Source of the DNA: Flaccisagitta enflata
Taxonomy: Eukaryota
Reading direction: 5' to 3'
Assembly: GCA_965153355.1 (NCBI GenBank)
Contig: OZ231126.1
Span: 28,892,001-28,956,000 of the forward strand
DNA: 64,000 bases
The notes under the pieces were generated by a model. It saw only the letters and a list, made by a program, of their open reading frames with translations. It searched no databases and was not told where the DNA came from. The stretch's first letter is position 1, and each line of letters opens with the position of its first letter. Below are positions 12,539 through 25,900 of the stretch, piece by piece. The position numbers and the translations under genes were made by a program.

Positions 12539-15500
12539 GAGATGCGAGGACGCATCTAAAAATGATTGGGGGTGGTTGGTGATTGATTTGAGATGGTTTG
12601 TGGGATTTTTGGAAAAGGGGTAACGGACGGACGGACGGACGGACATACGGACGGACAGACCCTCTTATAGAGATGCGAGGACGCATCTAAAAATGATTGG
12701 GGGTGGTTGGTGATTGATTTGAGATGGTTTGTGGGATTTTTGGAAAAGGGGTAACGGACGGACGGACGGACGGACATACGGACGGACAGACCCTCTTATA
12801 GAGATGCGAGGACGCATCTAAAAATGATTGGGGGTGGTTGGTGATTGATTTGAGATGGTTTGTGGGGTTTTTGGAAAAGGGGTAACGGACGGACGGACGG
12901 ACGGACATACGGACGGACAGACCCTCTTATAGAGATGCGAGGACGCATCTAAAAATGATTGGGGGTGGTTGGTGATTGATTTGAGATGGTTTGTGGGGTT
13001 TTTGGAAAAGGGGTAACGGACGGACGGACGGACGGACGGACGGACATACGGACGGACAGACCCTCTTATAGAGATGCGAGGACGCATCTAAAAATGATTG
13101 GGGGTGGTTGGTGATTGATTTGAGATGGTTTGTGGGGTTTTTGGAAAAGGGGTAACGGACGGACGGACGGACGGACATACGGACGGACAGACCCTCTTAT
13201 AGAGATGCGAGGACGCATCTAAAAATGATTGGGGGTGGTTGGTGATTGATTTGAGATGGTTTGTGGGGTTTTTGGAAAAGGGGTAACGGACGGACGGACG
13301 GACGGACATACGGACGGACAGACCCTCTTATAGAGATGCGAGGACGCATCTAAAAATGATTGGGGGTGGTTGGTGATTGATTTGAGATGGTTTGTGGGGT
13401 TTTTGGAAAAGGGGTAACGGACGGACGGACGGACGGACATACGGACGGACAGACCCTCTTATAGAGATGCGAGGACGCATCTAAAAATGATTGGGGGTGG
13501 TTGGTGATTGATTTGAGATGGTTTGTGGGATTTTTGGAAAAGGGGTAACGGACGGACGGACGGACGGACATACGGACGGACAGACCCTCTTATAGAGATG
13601 CGAGGACGCATCTAAAAATGATTGGGGGTGGTTGGTGATTGATTTGAGATGGTTTGTGGGATTTTTGGAAAAGGGGTAACGGACGGGACGGACGGACGGA
13701 CATACGGACAGACCCTCTTATAGAGATGCGAGGACGCATCTAAAATGATTGGGTGTTGGTGATTGATTTGAGATGGTTTGTGGGATTTTTGGAAAAGGGG
13801 TAACGGACGGACGGACGGACGGACATACGGACGGACAGACCCTCTTATAGAGATGCGAGGACGCATCTAAAAATGATTGGGGGTGGTTGGTGATTGATTT
13901 GAGATGGTTTGTGGGATTTTTGGAAAAGGGGCAACGGACGGACGGACGGACGGACATACGGACGGACAGACCCTCTTATAGAGATGCGAGGACGCATCTA
14001 AAAATGATTGGGGGTGGTTGGTGATTGATTTGAGATGGTTTGTAGGAGTTTTGGAAAAGGGGAGAGTAACAGGCCCGGACGGACGGGCCCGGACACTCTG
14101 GGCCAGACAGACCCTCTTATAGAATGCGAGGACGCATCTAATAAAAATTAGAGGTAGTTGGTAATTGATTTGAGATAGTTTGTGGGGTTTTGGAAAAAGG
14201 GTAACGGACGGACGGACGGAGCGAGACCTCTGAGACGAGACAGGCCATCTCTGTAGAGATGGGGACGCATCTAAAAATGATTAGAAGTGGTTGGTGATTG
14301 GTGCAGAGATGGTTTGTGGGATTTTTGGAAAAGGGGTAACGGACGGACGGACGGACGGACATACGGACAGACAGACCCTCTTATAGAGATGCGAGGACGC
14401 ATCTAAAAATGATTGGGGAGTGGTTGGGAGATTGATTTGCAGAGATGGTTTGTAGGGTTTTGAAGGAGTAACGGACGGACGGACCCAGGACGGACATACA
14501 GACAGACAGACCCTCTGATAGAGATGCGAGCGCATCTAAAAATGATTAGGGGGTGGTTGGTGATTGATTTGAGATGGTTTGTGGGATTTTTGGAAAAGGG
14601 GTAACGGACGGACGGACGGACGGACATACGGACGGACAGACCCTCTTATAGAGATGCGGGGACGCATCTAAAAACATTGGGGGTATTTGGTGATTGATTT
14701 GAGATGGTTTGTGGGGTTTTGGGAAAAGGGTAACGGACGGACGGACGGGGCCGGACATACGGACGGACAGACCCTCTTATAGAAGTGCGGACATCTAAAA
14801 ATGATAGGGGGTGGTTGGTGATTGATTTGAGATGGTTTGTAGGGTTTTGGAAAAGGGAGCAACGGACGGACGGAGCGGAGCGGACATACGGGCGGTTGCA
14901 GAGCCTCTTATAGAGATGCGAGGCGCATCTAAAAACATAATTTAGGGTGGTTGGTGATTGATTTGAGATGGTTTGTGGGGTTTTTTTTTGGAAAAGGGTA
15001 GGACGGACGGACGGGCCCAGACATACAGACGGACAGACCCTCTTATAGAGATGCGGACGCATCTAAAAATGATTGAGAAGTGAGATTTGGTAGAGATTGG
15101 GCCAGAGATGGTTTGTAGGAGTTTTTGGGGGAAAAGGAGGTAACGAGACGGACGGACGGACGGACATACGGACGGACCGGAACCCTCTTATAGAATGCGA
15201 GGACGCATCTAATGATTAGAAGTGGTGGTGATTGATTTGAGATGGTTTGTAGAGGTTTTGGAAAAGGGAGTAACGGGCCAGGGCGGACGGACGGACCTCT
15301 GGACGGACAGACCCTCTTATAGAGATGCGAGACATCTAAAAATGATTAGGGAGTGGTTGGTGATTGGTTAGAGATGGTTTTGTGGGTTTTGGAAAAGGGG
15401 TAAACGGGCGGGTGGTGGACGGACACTCTGGACGAACAGACCCTCTTATAGAAATGCGAGACGCATCTAATAATTAAGTGAGATTTGGTGATTGATTTGA

Positions 15501-17439
15501 ATGGTTTCTTGAGTTTTGGAAAAGAGGAAGTAACGGACGGACGGACGGACGGACATACGGGAGCGACAGACCCTCTTATAGAATGCGGGGAGCGCATCTA
15601 AAAATGATAGGGGGTGGTTGGTGATTGATTTGAGATGGTTTGTAGGGTTTTTTGGAAAAGGGTAACGGACCCAGGACGGACGGACGGACATACGGGCGGA
15701 CAGACCCTCTTATAGAATGCGGGCGCATCTAAAAATGATTGAGGTAGTTGGTGTGATTTGGGAGATGGTTTGTAGAGTTTTGGAAAAGAGTAACGGACGG
15801 ACGGACGGAGCGGACTCTGGACGGACAAACCCTCTTATAGAGATGCGAGGACGCATCTAAAAATGATTGGGGGTGGTTGGTGATTGATTTGAGATGGTTT
15901 GTGGGATTTTTGGAAAAGGGGTAACGGACGGACGGACGGACGGACATACGGACGGACAGACCCTCTTATAGGGTGCGAGACGCATCCTAAAAATGATTAA
16001 GAAGGAGTGGTTGGTGATTGATTTGAGATGGTTTGTGGGATTTTTGGAAAAGGGGTAACGGACGGACGGACGGACGGACGGACATACGGACGGACAGACC
16101 CTCTTATAGAGATGCGAGGACGCATCTAAAAATGATTGGGGGTGGTTGGTGATTGATTTGAGATGGTTTGTGGGATTTTTGGAAAAGGGGTAACGGACGG
16201 ACGGACGGACGGACATACGGACGGACAGACCCTCTTATAGAGATGCGAGGACGCATCTAAAAATGATTGGGGGTGGTTGGTGATTGATTTGAGATGGTTT
16301 GTGGGATTTTTGGAAAAGGGGTAACGGACGGACGGACGGACAGACGGACGGACGGACAGACCCTCTTATAGAGATGCGGGGACGCATCTAAAAATGATTG
16401 AGGTGGTTGTTGATTGATTTGAGATGGTTTGTGAGTTTTGGAAAAGGGGTAACGGACGGACGGACATACGGACGGACAGACCCTAATAGGACGCATCTCA
16501 AGAAATGATTAGGGGTGGTTGGTAAGTTGATTTGAGATGGTTGTGGGGTTTTTGGAAAAGGGGTAACGGGCCCGGACGGACGGACGGACATACGGGGCCG
16601 GACAGACCCTCTTATAGAGATGCGAGGACGCATCTAAAATGATTGAGGTGGTTGGTGATTGATTTGGGAATGGTTGTAGGAGTTTTGGAAAAGGGAAGTA
16701 GCACGGACGGACGGACGGAGCGGACATACGGGCCAGACAGGCCCTCTTATAGAATCTGAGACGCATCTAAAAATGATTAAGTGGTGGTAATTGATTTGAG
16801 ATGGTTTGTAGAGGTTTTGGAAAAGAGTAACGGGCGGACGGACGGACGGACATACGGGCCGACAGACCCTCTTATAGAGATGCGAGGACGCATCTAAAAA
16901 TGATTGGGAGTGGTGTGGGAGGGATTGATTTGGTGATTGATGGATTTTAGAGTTTTAGGAAAAGAGGTAACGGACGGACGGACGCGGGCGGAACCTCTGG
17001 ACGAGACAGACCCTCTTATAGAGATGCAGGGACGCATCTAAAAATAATTGAGGTAGTTGGTAATTGATTTGAGATAGTTTGTGAGTTTTTTTGGAAAAGA
17101 GGTAACGGACGGACGGACGGACGGACATACGAGGCGGACAGACCCTCTTATAGTACGAGACGCATGCTGGCAGGGGTGATTAGGGTGGTTGGTGATTGAT
17201 TTGAGATGGTTTGTGAGGTTTTTGGAAAAGGGAGTAACGGACAGACGGACAGACGGACATACGGACGAGACAGACCCTCTTATAGAGATGCGAGGACGCA
17301 TCTAAAAATGATAGGGAGTGGTTGGTGATTGATTTGAGATGGTTTGTAGGGTTTTGGAAAAGGGTAACGGACGGACGGACGGACGGACATGCGGACGGAC
17401 AGACCCTCTTATAGAGATGCGAAAGGACGCATCTAAAAA
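12539..17439. repeat. ~131-bp tandem satellite (~37 copies) built from a HINE/DINE-1-like terminal block
   Basis: Unit ATGATTGGGGGTGGTTGG...AAGGGGTAAC(GGAC)n...AGACCCTCTTATAGAGATGCGAGGACGCATCTAAAA. The 131-bp period is also seen in the repeated ORF coordinates (13088/13219/13350). Confidence 0.95.
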
Positions 17440-18358
17440 CATAAAAGCTTAAAGCAACAGTCCTCGACTGTAGTCTATTTAGTGTCCGACCTGGCTTCTC
17501 AATTTGACCCGGCTTCTCAGTTGACCAGCTACTCCAGTCTGACCCGGCTACTCCAGTCTGACCCGGCTACTGCAGTCTGACCCGGCTACTACAGAAAATC
17601 AAGAAAAAAAAATTTTCAAAAAAAAAAAAAAAAAAATTTTTTTCAAAAAAAAAAAATCTTCTTAAAAAAAAATCTTTTAAAAAAATTTTTTTCAAAAAAA
17701 AATTTAAAAAAAAAAAAAAAAGATTTTTCAAAAAATAAAAAAATTAAAAAAAAAGCATTTTTTTTCGAAAAAAATTCTTAAGTCCAAGAATGTTACTAGA
17801 TGTCATAAATACCCTTGTATTTTCTTAATTAATACTCAGAATTTACTGAAATCTTGCAGGAGAGCTTTAATTGATACAATGAACCTTTACAACAAGTTTG
17901 AACAACATTGGTGAACCTTTACCATCCTCCCTATATAGAAGTTGCACAAGTCTAGGAATTAATATTACTAGCAAAATACCCTTATATCTTCTAAACCAAT
18001 ACTCAGAATTATCTGAAATCTTGCAGGGGAGCTTTAATTGATGCAATGAACCTTCACAACAAGTTTGAACAACATTGGTGAACCTTTACTACCCTTCCCC
18101 TATGTAAATTGCATAAGTCCAGGAATTAATATTACTACAAAAATAATAAGCAAAGGGTATTAAATATTTATGAATGTTGTTGAAAGTTGGTACACAGGTT
18201 AGTAATGCCCTAAAAATAACACTGACCAAGTTTCATCAACATCTGAGTTGTGGTTCTCAAGTTTTTAAGGGTTGACACACACACACACACACACGGCTTA
18301 CTACACGATCAAGGCTATGTTATAGTCCTCGACATAAACTGATCGTCGAGGACAAAAA
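17437..18358. mobile_element. HINE-like element family D (GTCCTCGAC subterminal repeat, terminal hairpin, internal tandem repeats)
   Basis: GTCCTCGAC at 17460 and hairpin GTCCTCGAC...GTCGAGGAC-AAAAA at 18325-18358. Internal 19-bp and ~175-bp repeats. Related to 51249-54178. Confidence 0.7.
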
Positions 18359-19211
18359 CAAGTAATTACCATCTTTTTCTAGCAGCTTGTTGAAGATTTA
18401 CAGCTTTCTCAGTTTCTGCTAAAAAGAGCCGAGACACATATCAGGGCCTGAACATGACATAAATATCCTAAGTTCCAACCCTTATTGTATAGGTACGGAA
18501 ATGGATAAAATGAGAATTAGTGTAATCATCAAAGGTACTAAAAAAATAATTCTAGTTTCCCCAGTTAGATAAAATATTGACTAAAGATATTGACTGGCCA
18601 CAATTACAATTTCAAATTACCATCTCAGTGAAAAATATCGTCACCCCAGTCACCTGTATAGCTAATTTCTCTAAAAATATATATTTTAGTAGAGAAAACA
18701 ACAGCAATAAGGAAAGCTAAAATCTTCAAAATTGCATTCAGAACCTACAGAGAGATAGTAAATTGGACGAGTATGACTGTGTTTTGGCCAGAAAGATGGA
18801 TCAAGATCTAGATTTCCTTACTGCTTCACAAAGCCCATACAGAGGAACCCCCTAAATAGCATAAGGTCTGCGGAGGGCAGGTCTATGAGGAAACGGCAAA
18901 TTCGAAAAATTCCATTTTATTTTCAGGAAATCAAACGCCAAGTTTTTATTTCTTGAAATAATGGAGCTTATTTTTCCGCACGTTAGTGACGTGTAGTGTA
19001 ATTTGGCTTTTAACATTAGACAATATCACAACAAAAACTATTTTTCGACGGAAATAAGAAAATAATGACTCGAAAGGAGTGACACCTGCCTCATTGAGTC
19101 ACTGTCCTTATCATTTGGGACATCTCGGCGCCAAGACGAAAAGGAAAGACAAGAGTAGAGTGGAGTGCAACCTGACGACGACCATTCTTAAGACAACACT
19201 AGGTTCAGGTT

Positions 19212-19400
19212 AAACAAGGCCGGATACGCGGCTATCCTAGTCGCGTGCGGGTGCGCAGGGGCAGTGAAAGAGAAGGTCACTGGGCCATTTGGGTAAGAAA
19301 GTGAGCTCAAAACTTTCAGAAACGCCAAAGTAGAAAGGGTACCGACCGACCAACCAACGGACACAGCGGGGTATAGAGTCGCGTAGCTCGCGACTAGAAA
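19212..19400. mobile_element. HINE-like element family C
   Basis: AAACAAGGCCGGATAC...AGTCGCGTGCGGG...AGAGTCGCGTAGCTCGCGACTAGAAA. Confidence 0.8.
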
Positions 19401-19579
19401 TACCGATTTCAATGCGGTCGCAATGGCGAAAAAGTGAAAGAGAAAGATAAAGAAAATGGGTAATACAGCATTTATCATCCAGATGAAAAATGAGCTCCGA
19501 CCGTCCATTTCTTTCTTCATCCCCAAAAGTACACAAACGGGAAAATTAATGAAAAAGGGAGAGGAGCAATGCTTGATAT

Positions 19580-19788
19580 AAACAAGGCCGGATACACGGC
19601 TACCCCAGTCGCGTGCGGGTGGGCAGGGGCTGTATTTGAGGTCACTCAATCATTTGGGCAGGTGCAGTGAGGCCAAAGACCGCAAAAACCCAAAAAAAGT
19701 AAAGTGTGACGGATGGACCAACGGACGAACCAACGGACGGACGGACCAACAAAGCGGGTTGTAGAGTCGCGTAGCACGCGACTAAAAA
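19580..19788. mobile_element. HINE-like element family C
   Basis: AAACAAGGCCGGATACACGGCTACCCCAGTCGCGTGCGGG...(GGAC)n...AGTCGCGTAGCACGCGACTAAAAA. Confidence 0.85.
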
Positions 19789-21305
19789 TCGGTAAGTTTT
19801 TCGGGAAAATGTGGAGAGATGATCTGAGTTTATATAATTTTTTTCGCGAAAAAGGGATTTCTTAAAGCGCGCATAAAGTTAATAAGGAGAAGAAAAAAAC
19901 GAAGGCGATCTAGATGTAGGTAATCTCGCCACATCCGAGTCTCTGGAGAAAAAGAAGGGAAGAAGACAGACACGGAAGAAGAAAACTTTTACGTCGACAC
20001 CCTGCCGTCGTAATCTGCTCCAAAGCGTAACTCACTCGACACTTTCGACCCCCTGAAGCTTTAAATCACTGTCACTTAAATAGATCATCTGTGTCCAAGG
20101 ATCTACTTGCTTGACTGAACAGCCAGGGATAGAAGGAATTTCCCAGATAAAGAGTTAGTCGAGGCCATTTGCATAGGAGTGGGCATGAACATTGCTAAGA
20201 AATCCCGTCATCCAAAAACAAAAGCACTGCAGTCCTAAGGTCGTCCAAAAGATCGTTTCCCGGAATCTCATTTTGGCAAGACAATATAGTATACAAGCCT
20301 ATACGTATATACAAGGCCTGATCAGTGACTAATAGACAAATCGAAAATTCCACTGTGCAAAAAACAATATCCGAGCCACTGAAAGAACAAGGCAAAATTA
20401 AAAGAGCATTAACATGATCAGTACAATCCTATGCTACGAATGCCCCTTCAATCCTATGCAATGCAGTCGTATGCGACTAAGAAAAGACGTATGGACGTTA
20501 CGACTTTGTGACAGTAGAGGCGCGAAGACCAAGATAGAAAAGATGAATATAGATGGTCCGACTGGCTGCTGGGATGTCTTCGAAGTGTTGAGTATCGGTT
20601 TGAGATACGAGAGAAAATCGATAGCCGGTGTTAATTTATAATTTTTTTCGTGAAAGAAAAACACTTCGACGGCCCGAGCAGGCAAGGAGAAAAACAATGT
20701 GCTTCTACAAAGAAAACAATGCGGTATGAAGCGTGAAGGGAGGGATGGGAAGAAAGATTAAAATTAATGCGCAATAAGGCTGCGCCCCTGTCCCCAGATT
20801 TTACATAGACGGATGGACGTCCTACCCAAACAAATGAGGAGCCTCAATTATTTCCCTCTTAAAAGAGGTACACATCACAATGCGTACAAACAAGACACGA
20901 AATTGAATTTTTAGTATGAGCGGAGGAAGAACAAGAATTTCGTCCTGGGTATAAAAGTGAGGACGGATCGACTAGAGAGGTAAACAGGTGGGCGAGGAAA
21001 CCTGGGTAAAAAGGGTACCAACCGGTGCGAGAAACACGACAGAGAAAAACGGGCGTGAAATTATAATGGAATTTTTGTTCTCTTTAAGTAGTGAATAATC
21101 CGGACAAGGTTTACACAGCAAACGATGTTTGCCGAAAGATTCTGTGCGAGTGTACCCTGAAACATTTGTAAAATGTAGGCTGGTCACTGAACAGTGTTCG
21201 GGGCACAATTCAAAGCAATTTGAAAACCACGACCCAGTAGGTCAACAGGTGCGTTGTTTGGGCCGTTTAAAACAAACTTAGGCGTTCCGGTCTTCCGGAA
21301 GATCA

Positions 21306-22130
21306 TTTTTGGGCAGCGGCCCCGAAGGGGCCGATGACCTATGCTTTCACACAGGGGAAATTTCTCCTTCATTTTCTTCAGTGTACCCCCCTCCCTCAAG
21401 GCTCAAATCCCAGCCTCGAGGCTCAAATCCCAGCCTCAAGGCTCAAATCCCAGCCTCGAGGCTCAAATCCCAGCCTCGAGGCTCAAATCCCAGCCTCGAG
21501 GCTCAAATCCCAGCCTCGAGGCTCAATCCCAGCCTCGAGGCTCAATCCCAGCCTCGAGGCTCAATCCCAGCCTCGAGGCTCAATCCCAGCCTCGAGGCTC
21601 AAATCCCAGCCTCGAGGCTCAATCCCAGCCTCGAGGCTCAACCCCAGCCTCGAGGCTCAATCCCAGCCTCGGGCTCAACCCAGCCTCGAGGCTCAATCCC
21701 AGCCTCGAGGCTCAAATCCCAGCCTCGAGGCTCAAATCCCAGCCTCGGGGCTCAATCCCAGCCTCGAGGCTCAATCCCAGCCTCGAGGCTCAATCCCAGC
21801 CTCGAGGCTCAATCCCAGCCTCGAGGCTCAATCCCAGCCTCGAGGCTCAATCCCGGCCTCGAGGCTCAAATCCCAGCCTCGAGGCTCAAATCATCGCCTC
21901 GAGGCTCAAATCCCAGCCTCGAGGCTCAAACCCCAGCCTCGAGGCTCAAACCCCAGCCTCAAGGCTCAAATCCAAGCAACCATGCTCAAATCCCAGCCTC
22001 CAGGCTCAAAAAAAATCAGCATAGCTCATCGGCCCCTTCGGGGCCGCTGCCCCACTCACCACCTCATACCCACATACACTCACATAGGGGCAACGGGTAC
22101 CGCTGACCATCTAACGCTTTTGCGACTATT
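21306..22130. mobile_element. HINE-like family A with a homogeneous internal 19-20-bp minisatellite (GGCTCAAATCCCAGCCTCGA)
   Basis: TTTTTGGGCAGCGGCCCCGAAGGGGCCG...CCCCTTCGGGGCCGCTGCCC...TGACCATCTAACGCTTTTGCGACTATT. Confidence 0.85.
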
Positions 22131-22288
22131 TTCTACTTTTTTGTCATCACTTTCAGTCAGGAACGCAGGAAGGAAGAAAAGTTGAAAGCGTATTTCCGTA
22201 GGAGCTGATATTTTGAGTGACATCCCATAAAAAGCTAATAAGGCATGTTTTGATTTCCCATGAATAATATCTGGCATTGAAAGCTTTC

Positions 22289-22502
<214 letters not shown>

Positions 22503-22923
22503 GGAAAAAGAGAAAGAGATAAGTGATAGAGAAGCAGAGAAAGGAGAAACTCGCGGCAAAGCAGAGCAAATATCACGCGCTCAGCACGGCTCAATTCGCA
22601 TGGGGAAAAATGGAGTCAAAGTCTCATTTTTCCTAAATGCAGAAATGAAGACGGACGACGTCCAAACATATATGACTAACGTTTTAAGACGCTTTAGTAA
22701 GCCTTAAACATTTTAAAAGAGCTTGTGGCTTGTTACTTATTGGTGTAAAGGTAGCTGATTACTCTTTTACAATGAGCAAGATTTTTTGTCGAACGGTACA
22801 GCTTAGAATTGAAATTGCGGTAGATGCTGCTGCTGCAGATGCACAAAACTTTTTTTTTCAGTGTAATTCCCACTCATTCCCATTTCCCAATTATCATGAA
22901 CCATTTCATTCGTTCTTTCCTGG

Positions 22924-25900
22924 TTTTTGGGCAGCGGCCCCGAAGGGGCCCATCGATGATCTATATCTTTCACACAGGGGAAATTTCTCCTCCTCCTCCT
23001 CCTCCTCCTCCTGTTCCCCCCCCCCATCCCCTGCTTGAGACTCAAATCCCAGAAGCTCAAATCCCAGTCTCGAAGCTATAACCCCAGTCTCGAAGCTAAA
23101 ATCCCAGTCTCGAGGTTCAGATCCCAATCTCGAGGTTCAGATCCCAATCTCGAGGCTCAGATCCCAATCTCAAAGCTCAGATCCCAGTCCCAAGCCTCAG
23201 ATCCCAGTCCCAAGGTTCAGATGCCGTTCTGAGGTTCAGATGCCAGTCTCGAGGCTCAAATCCCGGTCACCATGCTCAAGCCCCAGTCTCAAGGCTCAAG
23301 CCCCAGTCTCAAGGCTCAAGCCCCAGTCTCAAGGCTCAAATCCCAGTCTCAAGGCTCAAATCCCAGTCTCAAGGCTCAAATTCCAGTCTCAAGGCTCAAA
23401 TTCCAGTCTCAAGGCTCAAATTCCAGTCTCAAGGCTCAATTCCAGTCTCAAGGCTCAAATTCCAGTCTCAAGGCTCAAATTCCAGTCTCAAGGCTCAAAT
23501 TCCAGTCTCAAGGCTCAAATTCCAGTCTCAAGGCTCAAATTCCAGTCTCAAGGCTCAAATTCCAGTCTCAAGGCTCAAATTCCAGTCTCAAGGCTCAAAT
23601 CCCAGTCTCAAGGCTCAAATCCCAGTCTCAAGGCTCAAATCCCAGTCTCAAGGCTCAAATCCCAGTCTCAAGGCTCAAATCCCAGTCTCAAGGCTCAAAT
23701 CCCAGTCTCAAGGCTCAAATCCCAGTCTCAAGGCTCAAATCCCAGTCTCAAGGCTCAAATCCCAGTCTCAAGGCTCAAATCCCAGTCTCAAGGCTCAAAT
23801 CCCAGTCTCAAGGCTCAAATCCCAGTCTCAAGGCTCAAATCCCAGTCTCAAGGCTCAAATCCCAGTCTCAAGGCTCAAATCCCAGTCTCAAGGCTCAAAT
23901 CCCAGTCTCAAGGCTCAAATCCCAGTCTCAAGGCCCAAATCCCAGTCTCAAGGCCCAAATCCAGTCTCAAGGCCCAAATCCAGTCTCAAGGCCCAAATCC
24001 CAGTCTCAAGGCCCAAATCCTAGTCTCACGCCCAAATCCCAGTCTCAAGGCCCAAATCCCAGTCTCAAGCCCAAATCCAGTCTCAAGGCCCAAATCCCAG
24101 TCTCAAGGCCCAAATCCCAGTCTCAAGGCCCAAATCCCAGTCTCAAGCCCAAATCCCAGTCTCAAGGCCTAATCCAGTCTCAAGGCCAAATCCAGTCTCA
24201 AGGCCCAAATCCCAGTCTCAAGGCTCAAATCCCAGTCTCAAGGCTCAAATCCCAGTCTCAAGGCTCAAATCCCAGTCTCAAGGCTCAAATCCCAGTCTCA
24301 AGGCTCAAATCCCAGTCTCAAGCTCAAATCCCAGTCTCAAGGCTCAAATCCCAGTCTCAAGGCTCAAATCCCAGTCTCAAGGCTCAAATCCCAGTCTCAA
24401 GGCTCAAATCCCAGTCTCAAGGCTCAAATCCCAGTCTCAAGGCTCAAATCCCAGTCTCAAGGCTCAAATCCCAGTCTCAAGGCTCAAATCCCAGTCTCAA
24501 GGCTCAAATCCCAGTCTCAAGGCTCAAATCCCAGTCTCAAGGCTCAAATTGGCCTCAAGGCTCAAATCCCAGCCTCAAGGCTCAAATCCCAGTCTCAAGG
24601 CTCAAATCCCAGTCTCAAGGCTCAAATCCCAGTCTCAAGGCTCAAATCCCAGTCTCAAGGCTCAAATCCCAGTCTCAAGGCTCAAATCCCAGTCTCAAGG
24701 CTCAAATCCCAGTCTCAAGGCTCAAATCCCAGTCTCAAGGCTCAAATCCCAGTCTCAAGGCTCAAATCCCAGTCTCAAGGCTCAAATCCCAGTCTCAAGG
24801 CTAAAATCCCAGTCTCAAAGCTAAAATCCCAGTCTCAAGGCTAAAATCCCAGTCTCAAGGCTAAAATCCCAGTCTCAAGGCTAAAATCCCAGTCTCAAGG
24901 CTAAAATCCCAGTCTCAAGGCTAAAATCCCAGTCTCAAGGCTAAAATCCCAGTCTCAAGGCTAAAATCCCAGTCTCAAGGCTAAAATCCCAGTCTCAAGG
25001 CTAAAATCCCAGTCTCAAGGCTAAAATCCCAGTCTCAAGGCTAAAATCCCAGTCTCAAGGCTAAAATCCCAGTCTCAAGGCTAAAATCCCAGTCTCAAGG
25101 CTTAAATCCCAGTCTCAAGGCTAAAATCCCAGTCTCAAGGCTAAAATCCCAGTCTCAAGGCTAAAATCCCAGTCTCAAGGCTAAAATCCCAGTCTCAAGG
25201 CTAAAATCCCAGTCTCAAGGCTAAAATCCCAGTCTCAAGGCTAAAATCCCAGTCTCAAGGCTAAAATCCCAGTCTCAAGGCTAAAATCCCAGTCTCAAGG
25301 CTAAAATCCCAGTCTCAGGGCTAAAATCCCAGTCTCAGGGCTAAAATCCCAGTCTCAAGGCTAAAATCCCAGTCTCAAGGCTAAAATCCCAGTCTCAAGG
25401 CTAAAATCCCAGTCTCAAGGCTAAAATCCCAGTCTCAAGGCTTAAATCCCAGTCTCAAGGCTTAAATCCCAGTCTCAAGGCTTAAATCCCAGTCTCAAGG
25501 CTTAAATCCCAGTCTCAAGGCTTAAATCCCAGTCTCAAGGCTTAAATCCCAGTCTCAAGGCTTAAATCCCAGTCTCAAGGCTTAAATCCCAGTCTCAAGG
25601 CTAAAATCCCAGTCTCAAGGCTAAAATCCCAGTCTCAAGACTAAAATCCCAGTCTCAAGACTAAAATCCCAGTCTCAAGACTAAAATCCCAGTCTCAAGG
25701 CTAAAATCCCAGTCTCAAGGCTAAAATCCCAGTCTCAAGGCTAAAATCCCAGTCTCAAGGCTAAAATCCCAGTCTCAAGGCTAAAATCCCAGTCTCAAGG
25801 CTAAAATCCCAGTCTCAAGGCTAAAATCCCAGTCTCAAGGCTAAAATCCCAGTCTCAAGGCTAAAATCCCAGTCTCAAGGCTAAAATCCCAGTCTCAGGG

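Noticed and set aside
12539-17439. CRISPR-like appearance (hairpin-containing repeat at regular spacing)
   Set aside because: The intervening sequence is the same in every unit (no unique spacers), there are no cas genes, and the context is a eukaryotic intron.
20036-20052. Possible CLASP micro-exon (cag|GGGGTCGAAAGTGTCGA|gtgagt on the minus strand)
   Set aside because: 17 nt would shift the frame; no supporting homology.
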